In this document: piece by piece, positions 40,076-49,069 of the stretch
Numbering within the stretch: position 1 is the stretch's first letter
Layout of the letters: each line of letters opens with the position of its first letter
Source of the DNA: Nitrospirota bacterium
Lineage (GTDB): Bacteria > Nitrospirota > Thermodesulfovibrionia > Thermodesulfovibrionales > Dissulfurispiraceae
Assembly: GCA_963790025.1 (NCBI GenBank)
Contig: CAWBMP010000003.1
Coordinates: forward strand, 32,001 to 96,000
Length of the DNA stretch: 64,000 bases
Direction: 5' to 3'
The notes under the pieces: generated by a model
What the model was told of the DNA's origin: nothing
Seen by the model: only the letters and a program-made list of their open reading frames with translations
Database searches by the model: none
Translations under genes and position numbers: made by a program

Positions 40076-40159
40076 GAGCAATTCTAATATGTTATGCCGG
40101 TGTATATCAACGGTTTCCTGCTCATAATTATTAGTTTATAACAAAATCGTAAGTTTAGG

Positions 40160-40210
40160 TGTCAAGCCAATTTAGAAATGTCCTATTTTTACCAAAATAG
40201 AAATGTCCGG
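40160..40210. mobile_element. Orphan IS end (IS481/IS1202-like)
   Basis: TGT terminus followed by TAGAAATGTCC direct repeats at 40173 and 40198; abuts a 5'-truncated gene. Confidence 0.5.
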
Positions 40211-40258
40211 TTTTTACGCTGCTGCTTTCCTCAACCTTTTCCTCAACACTTGATATTT

Positions 40259-40720
40259 GCCATGCAGCTGGCGCTGCTCTTTCAGGACAGGCAGATATTC
40301 TCGGCGTGTCCGGCTGTCCGCCTGCATCCATTCTCTTTGAGAGTGACTTTATTTATACTTCTGTTGTTTCTTCTTTCTCTTGGCGCTTTCAACCGTTATA
40401 TCAACGTCCCTCTCCTGCGTCAGTGGGCCGGACGGCCTTTGAAAAAAAGAGACGTTATCAGTTCTCTGTCGCTTAATATTTACAGGCGCATGAAACAAAG
40501 CGAGGATGGACGCCTGTTTGCCTTCCGGTTCATGCGCAGAGTGAAAATAGAAGCCTTCCTGATTGTCATCGTGCTGCTGTGCGCCGCCTTGCTCCGGCAT
40601 GAAATGCCTTCTCGTCACATGGCAATGGCCCACCATGAACATTCAGGAGGAGGGGGGATGACTACCCAACAGCCACATAAGGCCGATGAAATGCATGATC
40701 ATATGGACCATCATCACTGA
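40259..40720 (+). pseudogene. C-terminal fragment of a CopD-like membrane protein with His/Met-rich tail
   Basis: LGAFNRYINVP..VKIEAFLIVIVLLCAALLRHEMPSRH; tail HDHMDHHH; the ORF N-terminus is IS-end sequence. Confidence 0.6.
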
Positions 40721-40790
40721 GTACCGGATTTACAGATTTGTATCGAGAAGACTTACATAAGGGAAGGGACATGGGGTCCCCGAACGTGGA

Positions 40791-42041
40791 TTACTTCGAC
40801 AGTACAGGTCCACTCAGAGTACGGAGAAAGGCTTCAATCTCCCCTAATTCCTTGTCGCTCAATTCACTGTGGCCGAGTTCATGACTCTTCGACTGCCGGT
40901 AAAACTCGAGGACCTCTCTCAGGGTCGAGAATTGACCGGCATGCATATAGGGAGATCTTTCGGCAACATTCCTCAACGTAGGAGTCTTAAAAGCGCCAGC
41001 ATATTTTGCGGTATCCGTATCCAGGTATCTCAATTCCGCACAGTCCCCGGAACCGGCATCGCTGTATCTGCCCATGCAGTTAAACTCATCTGAGAGCACC
41101 TTTCTGATGCCGTCAGCCCTTCCATTGTCATGAGGCAGCTGGGCAGGCTCAGGCACGCCGGTATTGTGGAAGTCGCCATTGGTAAAGAGAGGGCCATTAT
41201 GGCAATTTGTACATTTGGCTTTGCCTATGAAGAGCCTGAGGCCTTCGGCTTCCTCGGTAGTAAATATCTTTGACAGGGAAGTAGTATCTTTGTCGGTGAT
41301 GGCCTCGGCATACTTGTCAAATCGCGACTGGCCCGGAAGGATGGTCCTGACATAGGCCTCAATTGCCTTACCCATATTTGCATAAATGCGGTCAACATTA
41401 TCACGTTGGGCCGGTGTCATCGACGCCCATGCTTTGAGAACGGCTATATCTTCAGTGGTCGGGCAGGCAGCCACATTTTTTATGTCGGGTATCTTGCCGA
41501 AAATTGTTTCATATTCATGCCGATAAGTCTTACAGATCAAATAGGCGCATGATGTCCTGGTAAAACCGTGCTCGACGTTGCTCTCAAGGGGCCCCAGCGC
41601 CTGAGACCAGAGGCTGTCCTTTCTCCCGTCCCAGAAAAACCATGCATTATAGGCCACACCGAGCAAAGACATCGACCTCCTTGTTGTAAATCCCATACCA
41701 TGGGCCAGCGGGAGGTCATCAGTAAAGTTCATATCGGACCTGTGACAGGTGGCGCATGAAACTTTCATGTTCCCGCTGAAACGAAAATCGAAGAACAATT
41801 TTTTACCGAGGGCCATTGCAGCAGGATCATCGGCGTGAGCGTTGGACGGATCTTTTGGCAGTGGAGGAAGGGAGCCGATCCACAAAGAACGAATTGCGGA
41901 AATCTCCTTTGGGTCCCACGAATGAATACCGGTTTCTGCGGCACTTGAGATCAATACCTGACTACACCAGACCGTAATGATTACGACAAATAACAGTGCC
42001 GACAAGTCAATATATTTTTGTGCAGGCTTATAGGTTTTCAA
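40791..42041 (-). CDS. Di-heme cytochrome c peroxidase-like protein (bCcP/MauG family)
   Basis: LGKKLFFD, SCATCH, FWDGRKDSLWSQALGP, CTNCH, FKTPTLRNV, PYMHAG. Confidence 0.9.
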   Translation of the reverse strand: MKTYKPAQKYIDLSALLFVVIITVWCSQVLISSAAETGIHSWDPKEISAIRSLWIGSLPPLPKDPSNAHADDPAAMALGKKLFFDFRFSGNMKVSCATCHRSDMNFTDDLPLAHGMGFTTRRSMSLLGVAYNAWFFWDGRKDSLWSQALGPLESNVEHGFTRTSCAYLICKTYRHEYETIFGKIPDIKNVAACPTTEDIAVLKAWASMTPAQRDNVDRIYANMGKAIEAYVRTILPGQSRFDKYAEAITDKDTTSLSKIFTTEEAEGLRLFIGKAKCTNCHNGPLFTNGDFHNTGVPEPAQLPHDNGRADGIRKVLSDEFNCMGRYSDAGSGDCAELRYLDTDTAKYAGAFKTPTLRNVAERSPYMHAGQFSTLREVLEFYRQSKSHELGHSELSDKELGEIEAFLRTLSGPVLSK

Positions 42042-42055
42042 TACCGCTACTCCTG

Positions 42056-42892
42056 CTATGGCACAACCAGATTAAAGGTATCAACATCTTCCATGCCCTG
42101 GGTCTTTATCTTAAATGTCAGCACCCACCATCCCGGCATACTGAATTTCAGCCCATTCACAACATAATCTCCTGGAGACGTATCTTCAGTAACCTCTGGC
42201 ATAGTTGGCAGGCCGTGGCCATGTTCCGGCATGCCCCCGCTGACGGACACTTCGGCATTTTTTACGGGCTGGCCGTCCGGCGTCTCTATTCTCAGTTTCC
42301 AGCTGATGATCCTGCCGTAGGGAATCGGTATTACATCGCTTGCATAGGAAACTGTGAACAGTTTTTTTAACGACGAGCGCACTGTTGAGGTATCGAGGTC
42401 CGCAGGCGACGAAGAATACATATTGTTATGCTCATCCGGCGACACGGATGCTGAACTTTTGACGTCCGGAAAATCAAATGTGACATTGTCCTCTGCATCG
42501 TTTTTCTTAATCTTCAATTTCAGGTCCCAGCGCCCTTCCATTATAAGGATTACATTTTCCACGCTATATACGCCGCCGCCCCTCTCTTTGACCACGGGCT
42601 TCTCAAAAACGCCATGACCCATCTCCGGCATCCAGGGAACGACCTTTAATTCTGCACCCGCCACGTCTTTGTCATTTAAGTCGTGCACGATGATGTCGAA
42701 AGAATTAACTCCTACTTTGAGCTCTTTATCTTTGATCACTATCTCCGCAGAATACAGCCCCTTGTCAGTCATCTTGAAGAGGCTCTGTTCATAGTGCTTG
42801 GTGTGATGGTCCAGGGCGGAATCGCCCGAATGCAAGGCAAAGACTGCACAGGGGAAAAGCACGGCAGCTATGGCAAATAAAACAGCTCTCAT
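42056..42892 (-). CDS. Secreted protein with two YtkA/FixH-like domains
   Basis: Signal peptide; PWMPEMGHG..MEGRW and GGMPEHGHG..FSMPGWW. Confidence 0.8.
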   Translation of the reverse strand: MRAVLFAIAAVLFPCAVFALHSGDSALDHHTKHYEQSLFKMTDKGLYSAEIVIKDKELKVGVNSFDIIVHDLNDKDVAGAELKVVPWMPEMGHGVFEKPVVKERGGGVYSVENVILIMEGRWDLKLKIKKNDAEDNVTFDFPDVKSSASVSPDEHNNMYSSSPADLDTSTVRSSLKKLFTVSYASDVIPIPYGRIISWKLRIETPDGQPVKNAEVSVSGGMPEHGHGLPTMPEVTEDTSPGDYVVNGLKFSMPGWWVLTFKIKTQGMEDVDTFNLVVP

Positions 42893-43008
42893 GGCAGGTA
42901 CCTCGCTTCGCTCGGAATATGATTTCTTATTATGTCCTTACTGTAAGCTGTAATATGTTTAATGAGTCAGGGCAGGCATTATTATTGACCCTGCCCTGAC
43001 CCATCAGA

Positions 43009-43761
43009 CTAGTTGGAGCCTGCTGAAGGCATATTGGAAAGCAAGTCGATGACTTTCATAGCAGCTTCAGCATGCTGATGAGTCATCGCCATCATGGGGG
43101 ATTTTTCCATCGTCATGCCCTTTGCTTTCATCATTTCCATCATCTCTTTGCTGCCCATAATGTCCGAGACCATGGACTTCGCATCAGCCAGCATCTCTTT
43201 TCCATGATCAACGGTCAGTTTGTCGATGGTGCCGGCCATTCCCATCTGACCAATCATGATCAGATTTGCGCCTTGCGCAGCCATTTCAATTGCGTGGTTG
43301 ATCATGATATGCATGTGATGCATTGTCATCATGCCGGGCGCTGACATGTCTTCCATGGACATTTTTTCGACTATGTCCGTTACTTTAAGCATTGCTTCTC
43401 CCAGCTGATGCGTATAATCCATCAGGGGATCTTTGCCGTGTTTCTTCATCATGGCCATCATCTCCGGGCCGTTTAAAGAGCGAGTGATCAGCTCTTTACC
43501 AGCTTTTGTCATGTGATGTCCGTGATGAAGCATCTTCTCATCAACTCCCTGCGCCATCTTCATCTGAGCAAGCATTGCCAGGTTGGAACCCTCTGCCACC
43601 ATCTCGAGGCCATGGTTCATAAGCACATGGAAATGGTGCATGTGCATGGCGGCATGGCCCTTGTGTTTCATCTCCTCTGCATTTGCAAGACCCAACATCG
43701 CAAAACACAAAATAACCGCTAATACCAGAATCTTATTAAACCCCTGCATACTACCTTTCAT
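43009..43761 (-). CDS. Secreted Met/His-rich protein with an internal duplication
   Basis: SD GGAGG and ATG 43761; signal ending ANA; two ~105-aa repeats. Confidence 0.8.
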   Translation of the reverse strand: MKGSMQGFNKILVLAVILCFAMLGLANAEEMKHKGHAAMHMHHFHVLMNHGLEMVAEGSNLAMLAQMKMAQGVDEKMLHHGHHMTKAGKELITRSLNGPEMMAMMKKHGKDPLMDYTHQLGEAMLKVTDIVEKMSMEDMSAPGMMTMHHMHIMINHAIEMAAQGANLIMIGQMGMAGTIDKLTVDHGKEMLADAKSMVSDIMGSKEMMEMMKAKGMTMEKSPMMAMTHQHAEAAMKVIDLLSNMPSAGSN

Positions 43762-44096
43762 ACATAAACCTCCTTTGTTTTGCCGGCCTGAACCGGTTAG
43801 TGAATATCTCAAATATGTCTTAATCTTACATAAACTATACTATATTTCTATCCATTTGCCTATTCCGGTAGGCTGGGCTCTGATATGCCTGATAATCTGG
43901 AGTCCCACCGTTAATAGAAAATGGTGGAATAATAGCTTCAATATCAAATAGTTATACTTAACGCTTTACTAAACAGGATAAATTTATATTCTTTCATTAA
44001 GAAGATTGTGTGTTGATAAAGTGGCACATCTTCAAGGAAGCTGGCGTTGATGGGAAAAGATTTGCTGACGTAGGATAGTAGACGCAGAAGTGGGAG

Positions 44097-44420
44097 GTGG
44101 ATTTTATGAACAAAATGTTGATGATAGTATTTGCGGTTTCCCTTACTTGGGTTGCCATTGCCGACAACAATATTAGATATGGTGGACCGTTCGTATCTCC
44201 GTTGATTGCGAAAAACGATTCTTTGTATGGAAGCGGGAGCGGATTTGCACCATCCTGGACGGACAAAACTACGACTACGATGGCGTGTGCTGAGAGCACC
44301 GATTTCCATAACATTTCAGTTGGCGATCAGGTGAACATAAGGTATGAAGAGAGAGGAGGCAGGTATATTGCTTCATTGGGTGACAGCTCATTCCCGCTTA
44401 TGGCCTGTAATCTTCGGTGA
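44097..44420 (+). CDS. Small exported hypothetical protein
   Basis: SD GGGAGG, signal-like N-terminus, ISVGDQVNIRYEE (OB-fold-like); followed by a hairpin. Confidence 0.55.
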   Translation: MDFMNKMLMIVFAVSLTWVAIADNNIRYGGPFVSPLIAKNDSLYGSGSGFAPSWTDKTTTTMACAESTDFHNISVGDQVNIRYEERGGRYIASLGDSSFPLMACNLR

Positions 44421-44454
44421 AGCCGGACATGATCGGGGAAACCGATTCAGCCTG

Positions 44455-44492
44455 AAAAGAGAGAGCGTCGTGAAGCCACGACGCTCTCTTTT
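44455..44492. terminator. Bidirectional terminator-like hairpin
   Basis: AAAAGAGAGAGCGTCGTG-AAGC-CACGACGCTCTCTTTT. Confidence 0.65.
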
Positions 44493-44664
44493 TATGTGGC
44501 GGGGTCATCACTCTCGCTCAGTGATATCTCTTATAAAAGTGAATTGCATGGATCCATCCGGAAAAAATTGACTTAACGCCCTGCTGTGTATGGCATAATA
44601 GTAAAAAAGTGCATATTCGGCGCCTTCTGCACAGAAGCCGTGTGCGATAAGAGGAAAGGATATT

Positions 44665-45216
44665 ATGTTGCAAGAAATAAGCGGTCTGGTTCGGGGAAGT
44701 TTCAGAGTAGCTTTGCAAGCGTTACTGCTTGCGAGTTTCTTTGTCCTGCTCTTGTGTTTGTTTTACGGTTGTTCTGACCAAAAGGTTATGCTGAGAACCG
44801 GCCAGACTGCTCCGTCCTTTTCACTATCGGATATTAACGGAAAGACGTGGAGATTACCCGAAGACCTGAAGGGCAAAGTAGTCGTCATACGTTTTTGGGC
44901 CGACTGGTGCAAGTCCTGCGCGGAGGAGATGCCCGCAATAGAAAAGGTCTACAATAAATACAAGGACAAGGGGCTATTCATTCTTGCAGTCAATATAGGA
45001 CAGGAAAGGGATGCTGTGATTAAATTCGCGAACGAGATCAAAATCTCCTATCCTGTGCTCCTCGACCCGGGCACCGTGGTAACAAAGCACTATGGCGTTA
45101 CCGGTCTGCCGATAACCTTTATCATTGACCGCAACAGTATTATGAGGCAGAAGATACTGGGTGAAGTCGGTCAGACGGTATTTGATGAACTTGTGCTGGA
45201 ACAACTGAACAAATGA
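44665..45216 (+). CDS. TlpA-family thiol-disulfide oxidoreductase (lipoprotein)
   Basis: FYGC lipobox-like, FWADWCKSC, GLPITFIID. Confidence 0.88.
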   Translation: MLQEISGLVRGSFRVALQALLLASFFVLLLCLFYGCSDQKVMLRTGQTAPSFSLSDINGKTWRLPEDLKGKVVVIRFWADWCKSCAEEMPAIEKVYNKYKDKGLFILAVNIGQERDAVIKFANEIKISYPVLLDPGTVVTKHYGVTGLPITFIIDRNSIMRQKILGEVGQTVFDELVLEQLNK

Positions 45217-45217
45217 A

Positions 45218-45709
45218 ATGTTAAGAAGGTATATTATGCCTTTGAGGCTCTTGGTTGCAATCATATGTCTTGTTGTTTTCAATGCATCACCGGCTGCTGC
45301 TGAAAGAAAGCCGGTTAATCCTGCAAAAAAAGACAAATGCCCGGTCTGCGGCATGTTCGTAGCAATGTACCCTGACATCATTGCTGAGATAATATTCAAG
45401 GATGGCACATATGCAGCCTTCGATGGCTGCAAAGACATGTTCAGGTATTACCTGAACATGAAGAAGTACAATCCTTCAAAAAACATAAATGATATTGATT
45501 CCATATATGTGCACGAATACTACGACCTTCGCTTTATTGACGGCCGCAAGGCTTATTATGTAGCGGGCGGCGATGTCCACGGTCCGATGGGCAGGGAACT
45601 GATACCGTTCCGTACAGAGGAAGACGCTTCGGCATTCAAGTATGACCACAAGGGAAAGATATTGAGATTCGGGGATGTAACGGAAGCAGTCGTGAAAACA
45701 CTTGAGTAG
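45218..45709 (+). CDS. NosL-family periplasmic copper-binding protein
   Basis: CPVCGMFV, FDGCKDM, GPMGRELIPF. Confidence 0.85.
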   Translation: MLRRYIMPLRLLVAIICLVVFNASPAAAERKPVNPAKKDKCPVCGMFVAMYPDIIAEIIFKDGTYAAFDGCKDMFRYYLNMKKYNPSKNINDIDSIYVHEYYDLRFIDGRKAYYVAGGDVHGPMGRELIPFRTEEDASAFKYDHKGKILRFGDVTEAVVKTLE

Positions 45710-45753
45710 ACCTTAATGCGGCAATTAGCTGAAACTATAGTTTCTTTCATGGG

Positions 45754-46056
45754 ATGGAACAGATGAGAAAATCGAGTATATATTTCATCTATCTTGCGGT
45801 GAACCTTGCACTGGTGTTCCTATTGTCCATACACGCAATAGTTGCCGTAAAGAATGCCGCCTCCGGGCTGAACTTAAAAGCGGAAATTGTGAAAAAGCTT
45901 GAGCTTACGGACCTTTGTCTCTTTACTGAGGCAAGATATACGAGGCACCTCTCACAAACCGATTTCAATACCCCTTTTCAGGACCACCCGATGTCCCTTG
46001 AACACTTTCCGTCGGGGTCTGTTGTGGAACCACCAGCACACTTGCGAAGGAAGTGA
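45754..46056 (+). CDS. Conserved hypothetical membrane-anchored protein
   Basis: TM then LTDLCLFTEARYTRHLSQTD..FQDHPMSLEHFPSGS. Confidence 0.7.
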   Translation: MEQMRKSSIYFIYLAVNLALVFLLSIHAIVAVKNAASGLNLKAEIVKKLELTDLCLFTEARYTRHLSQTDFNTPFQDHPMSLEHFPSGSVVEPPAHLRRK

Positions 46057-46088
46057 TACAGTTTATAAAGGTGGGAGAGGGTTAAGAG

Positions 46089-47216
46089 ATGAAATGGCTT
46101 GAAAAACAGCGGAACATCATAGACTTCACACTTTCCTCACTATTGAGGAGAAAAACGAAGAACATGGCGCTGATGCTTGTCTATACGCTGGTAGTCTTCG
46201 TAATGGCGTCCGTCATGTTTTTTGCCGATGCAGTAAAGAAGGAGGCCTCAATAATACTCAGGGACTCCCCGGAGATAATTGTTCAACGATTGGTTGCCGG
46301 CAGGCAAGACCTTGTGCCTCTGGAATATATCGAAGGCATAAGAAAAATAAGGGGAATACAATCTGTAAGGGGAAGGCTTTGGGGGTATTACTTTGAACCC
46401 GTGGTCAGGGCTAATTTTACGCTCATGGTGCCGGAAGGTGGCACCGAAAAGGGCAAAGTCGAGGTCGGCAAAGGTATCCTCAGGAGCATGCTGGCATCCG
46501 AAGGAGACATTCTTTCACTGAGAAGCTACAAGGGGGACTGGGTTGTTCTGAAGATAAAGGGCGCGTTGTCGTCCGAATCCGAGTTGGTATCCTCCGACCT
46601 GATACTGATCTCCGAAGAAGACTTCAGGAGAGTGTTCAACATATCGAAGAGGTACTTCACCGACCTTACTCTTAAGGTGCGCAATCCCAGGGAGCTTACC
46701 ACCATAGCCAAAAAAATACAGGACCTTTACCCGGATACAAGACCTATAGTCAGAGACGAGATACTGAGGACCTACGATTCGATTTTTAACTGGCGAAGCG
46801 GCATACTGCTTGTGATAATGGCTGGCGCGGGCCTGGCGTTTATCATATTTGCGTGGGACAAGGCGTCCGGCCTGAGCGCGGAGGAGAAGAAGGAGATAGG
46901 CATCCTTAAGGCCATAGGTTGGGAGACGTCCGATGTGATACTGATGAAGTTCTGGGAGGGGACGGTCATTTCCCTATCATCCTTCCTCGCAGGGATAATC
47001 CTGGCTTATTTCCACGTGTTCTTCACATCTTCAACACTTTTAGAACCGGTGCTTAAAGGGTGGTCCGTTCTTTACCCTGACTTCAGGCTTACGCCATTTA
47101 TAGACGGGGCACAGGTGATGACCCTTTTTTTTCTGACGGTCCTGCCTTACACTGTTGCGACCATCGTTCCGTCATGGAGGGCCGCATCGGTCGACCCGGA
47201 TTCGGTAATGAGGTGA
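46089..47216 (+). CDS. ABC permease, FtsX/LolE/MacB-like
   Basis: TM1, periplasmic domain, EIGILKAIGW, PSWRAA. Confidence 0.85.
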   Translation: MKWLEKQRNIIDFTLSSLLRRKTKNMALMLVYTLVVFVMASVMFFADAVKKEASIILRDSPEIIVQRLVAGRQDLVPLEYIEGIRKIRGIQSVRGRLWGYYFEPVVRANFTLMVPEGGTEKGKVEVGKGILRSMLASEGDILSLRSYKGDWVVLKIKGALSSESELVSSDLILISEEDFRRVFNISKRYFTDLTLKVRNPRELTTIAKKIQDLYPDTRPIVRDEILRTYDSIFNWRSGILLVIMAGAGLAFIIFAWDKASGLSAEEKKEIGILKAIGWETSDVILMKFWEGTVISLSSFLAGIILAYFHVFFTSSTLLEPVLKGWSVLYPDFRLTPFIDGAQVMTLFFLTVLPYTVATIVPSWRAASVDPDSVMR

Positions 47217-47235
47217 CGGTAAATAAGGGTTATTT

Positions 47236-47964
47236 ATGATAGAGCTATCGGACATAAGGAAGGTTTTTAACAGCGGCAGACCTAACGAGTTTACCGCGCT
47301 TGATGGGGTGACACTGTCAATTGATTCTTGCAAGATAACGGTGCTCAAGGGGCCGAGCGGGTCTGGCAAGACCACTTTGTTGGGCATTATAGGCTGTATG
47401 GCGAGGCCTACTTCTGGAAGGATACAACTGACCGGCCGGCTGACAAAGTGCGTAACTTTTCTGGTCAAAGGCACGGCTGCGGAAGTGACCAGCCTGCCTG
47501 AGAGGTTCCTCACCGACATTAGAAGGCGGGCCTTCGGCTTCATCTTCCAGCAGTTTAACCTCATCAACGGCATAACAGTCCTGGAAAATGTCATGTTACC
47601 GGCCTATCCAATCGGGGAGGACTTTAAGCCGCTTAAGGAGCGTGCCTCAAGAATTTTAAGCGATTTCAACCTCTCCGGCAAGCTATTTTCAAAGGTGGAA
47701 TGGCTCTCCGGCGGGGAGGCGCAGAGAGTGGGTATAGCCAGGGCGCTTATAAACGACCCGGCAATCATAATAGCCGACGAGCCCACTGCCCACCTGGACA
47801 CCAAACTATCCGGTGAGTTCATGGAAATCGTGGAAAAGTTGAAGGGGGAGGGTAAAACAGTTATCATGGCCAGTCATGACCCCATTGTCTTCGATTCCCC
47901 CATCATAGACCGGACAGTGGAGATGAGGGACGGAAGGTTAAGCGGGGGGCGTCAACAGCAATGA
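47236..47964 (+). CDS. ABC ATP-binding protein (LolD-like)
   Basis: GPSGSGKTT, FQQFNL, LSGGEAQR, ADEPTAHLD. Confidence 0.9.
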   Translation: MIELSDIRKVFNSGRPNEFTALDGVTLSIDSCKITVLKGPSGSGKTTLLGIIGCMARPTSGRIQLTGRLTKCVTFLVKGTAAEVTSLPERFLTDIRRRAFGFIFQQFNLINGITVLENVMLPAYPIGEDFKPLKERASRILSDFNLSGKLFSKVEWLSGGEAQRVGIARALINDPAIIIADEPTAHLDTKLSGEFMEIVEKLKGEGKTVIMASHDPIVFDSPIIDRTVEMRDGRLSGGRQQQ

Positions 47965-48962
47965 TCCTGCATCCCTCCATCATCGCCCTCTTTCTATCTT
48001 CAGTACTGATAAGCATGCTTATTCTCTACTCATCTTATTATGGGATACTAATATTGAGGAAGTGGGACATAAAGAGCGGCAGCGAACTGCAACTGGACCT
48101 CGAAAGGAGGACCTACCTCATCTCCACTGTTCTCACATATGTTTTCGGCTTCCAGCTCATCTCACTCTTCCTATACGTTTATACTGCGGACATCCTCCAC
48201 CCCCTCTTTGTCGGAGCCATGTGTGCTTCCGGTACGCTGAGTGTCAACTCCTACGGCTATCCCACACTGATACTAAAAGTCTTCAACTTCATAACTGCTG
48301 GGCTCTGGCTCGTACTGAACTATACCGACAACAGGGCTTACGACTATCCACTTATCAAGAACAAGTACAGGTTCCTTATTGTCATAACGCCTTTAGTAGT
48401 TGCAGAGACCTTTTTGCAGACAAAATATTTCCTGGGGCTGAAGCCCGACATCATCACCTCGTGCTGCAGTACTCTCTTCACGAGCGATTCAACCAGCTTT
48501 GCTTCGGATTTAGCCTCGGTGCCCAGTATCCCAGGCAAGATTGTCTTTTATGCGATTATGATGTCGACCCTTGCATCAGGGTTGTATTTTTACCTCAAGG
48601 GCAGGGGCGGCTACGTATTTTCCTCCCTTTGCGGCATATCGTTTGTTATGGCCATAATTTCCATAATATCCTTCTTCTCGCTCTATTACTACGAACTTCC
48701 ATCCCATCACTGCCCGTTCGATATACTGCATAAGGAATACTTCTACGTCGGTTATCCGCTGTATCTGTGTCTCTTCATGGGAACTGTTGCCGGCACGGGT
48801 ACGGGTGTGCTGATGCCATTCAGGAAGGTGGCGAGCCTGATGGAAATAATCCCGGTCATACAGAAAAGGCTTATTCTCTTTGCCCTTGTGTGTTTTTTGA
48901 TCTTCACCGTAATGGTGACTTTCAAGATGGTTTCCACGCCGTTCAAACTTGAGGGGTATTAA
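47961..48962 (+). CDS. Polytopic membrane protein with Cys/His motifs
   Basis: Multiple TM segments; GAMCASG, ITSCC, HHCPF. Confidence 0.75.
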   Translation: MILHPSIIALFLSSVLISMLILYSSYYGILILRKWDIKSGSELQLDLERRTYLISTVLTYVFGFQLISLFLYVYTADILHPLFVGAMCASGTLSVNSYGYPTLILKVFNFITAGLWLVLNYTDNRAYDYPLIKNKYRFLIVITPLVVAETFLQTKYFLGLKPDIITSCCSTLFTSDSTSFASDLASVPSIPGKIVFYAIMMSTLASGLYFYLKGRGGYVFSSLCGISFVMAIISIISFFSLYYYELPSHHCPFDILHKEYFYVGYPLYLCLFMGTVAGTGTGVLMPFRKVASLMEIIPVIQKRLILFALVCFLIFTVMVTFKMVSTPFKLEGY

Positions 48963-49069
48963 TTGTAGTGCTGATGGTGAAAGCCACGAGGTCTTTCACC
49001 AGACGACCTCGTGGCCGGTTACAGTGATTACACATTGCCGATCTATCACATCATGCTGCAGATGTAAAC

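Noticed and set aside
45218..47964. Nitrous oxide reductase (nos) cluster
   Set aside because: No nosZ, nosD or nosR; the ABC is LolDE-like rather than NosFY-like
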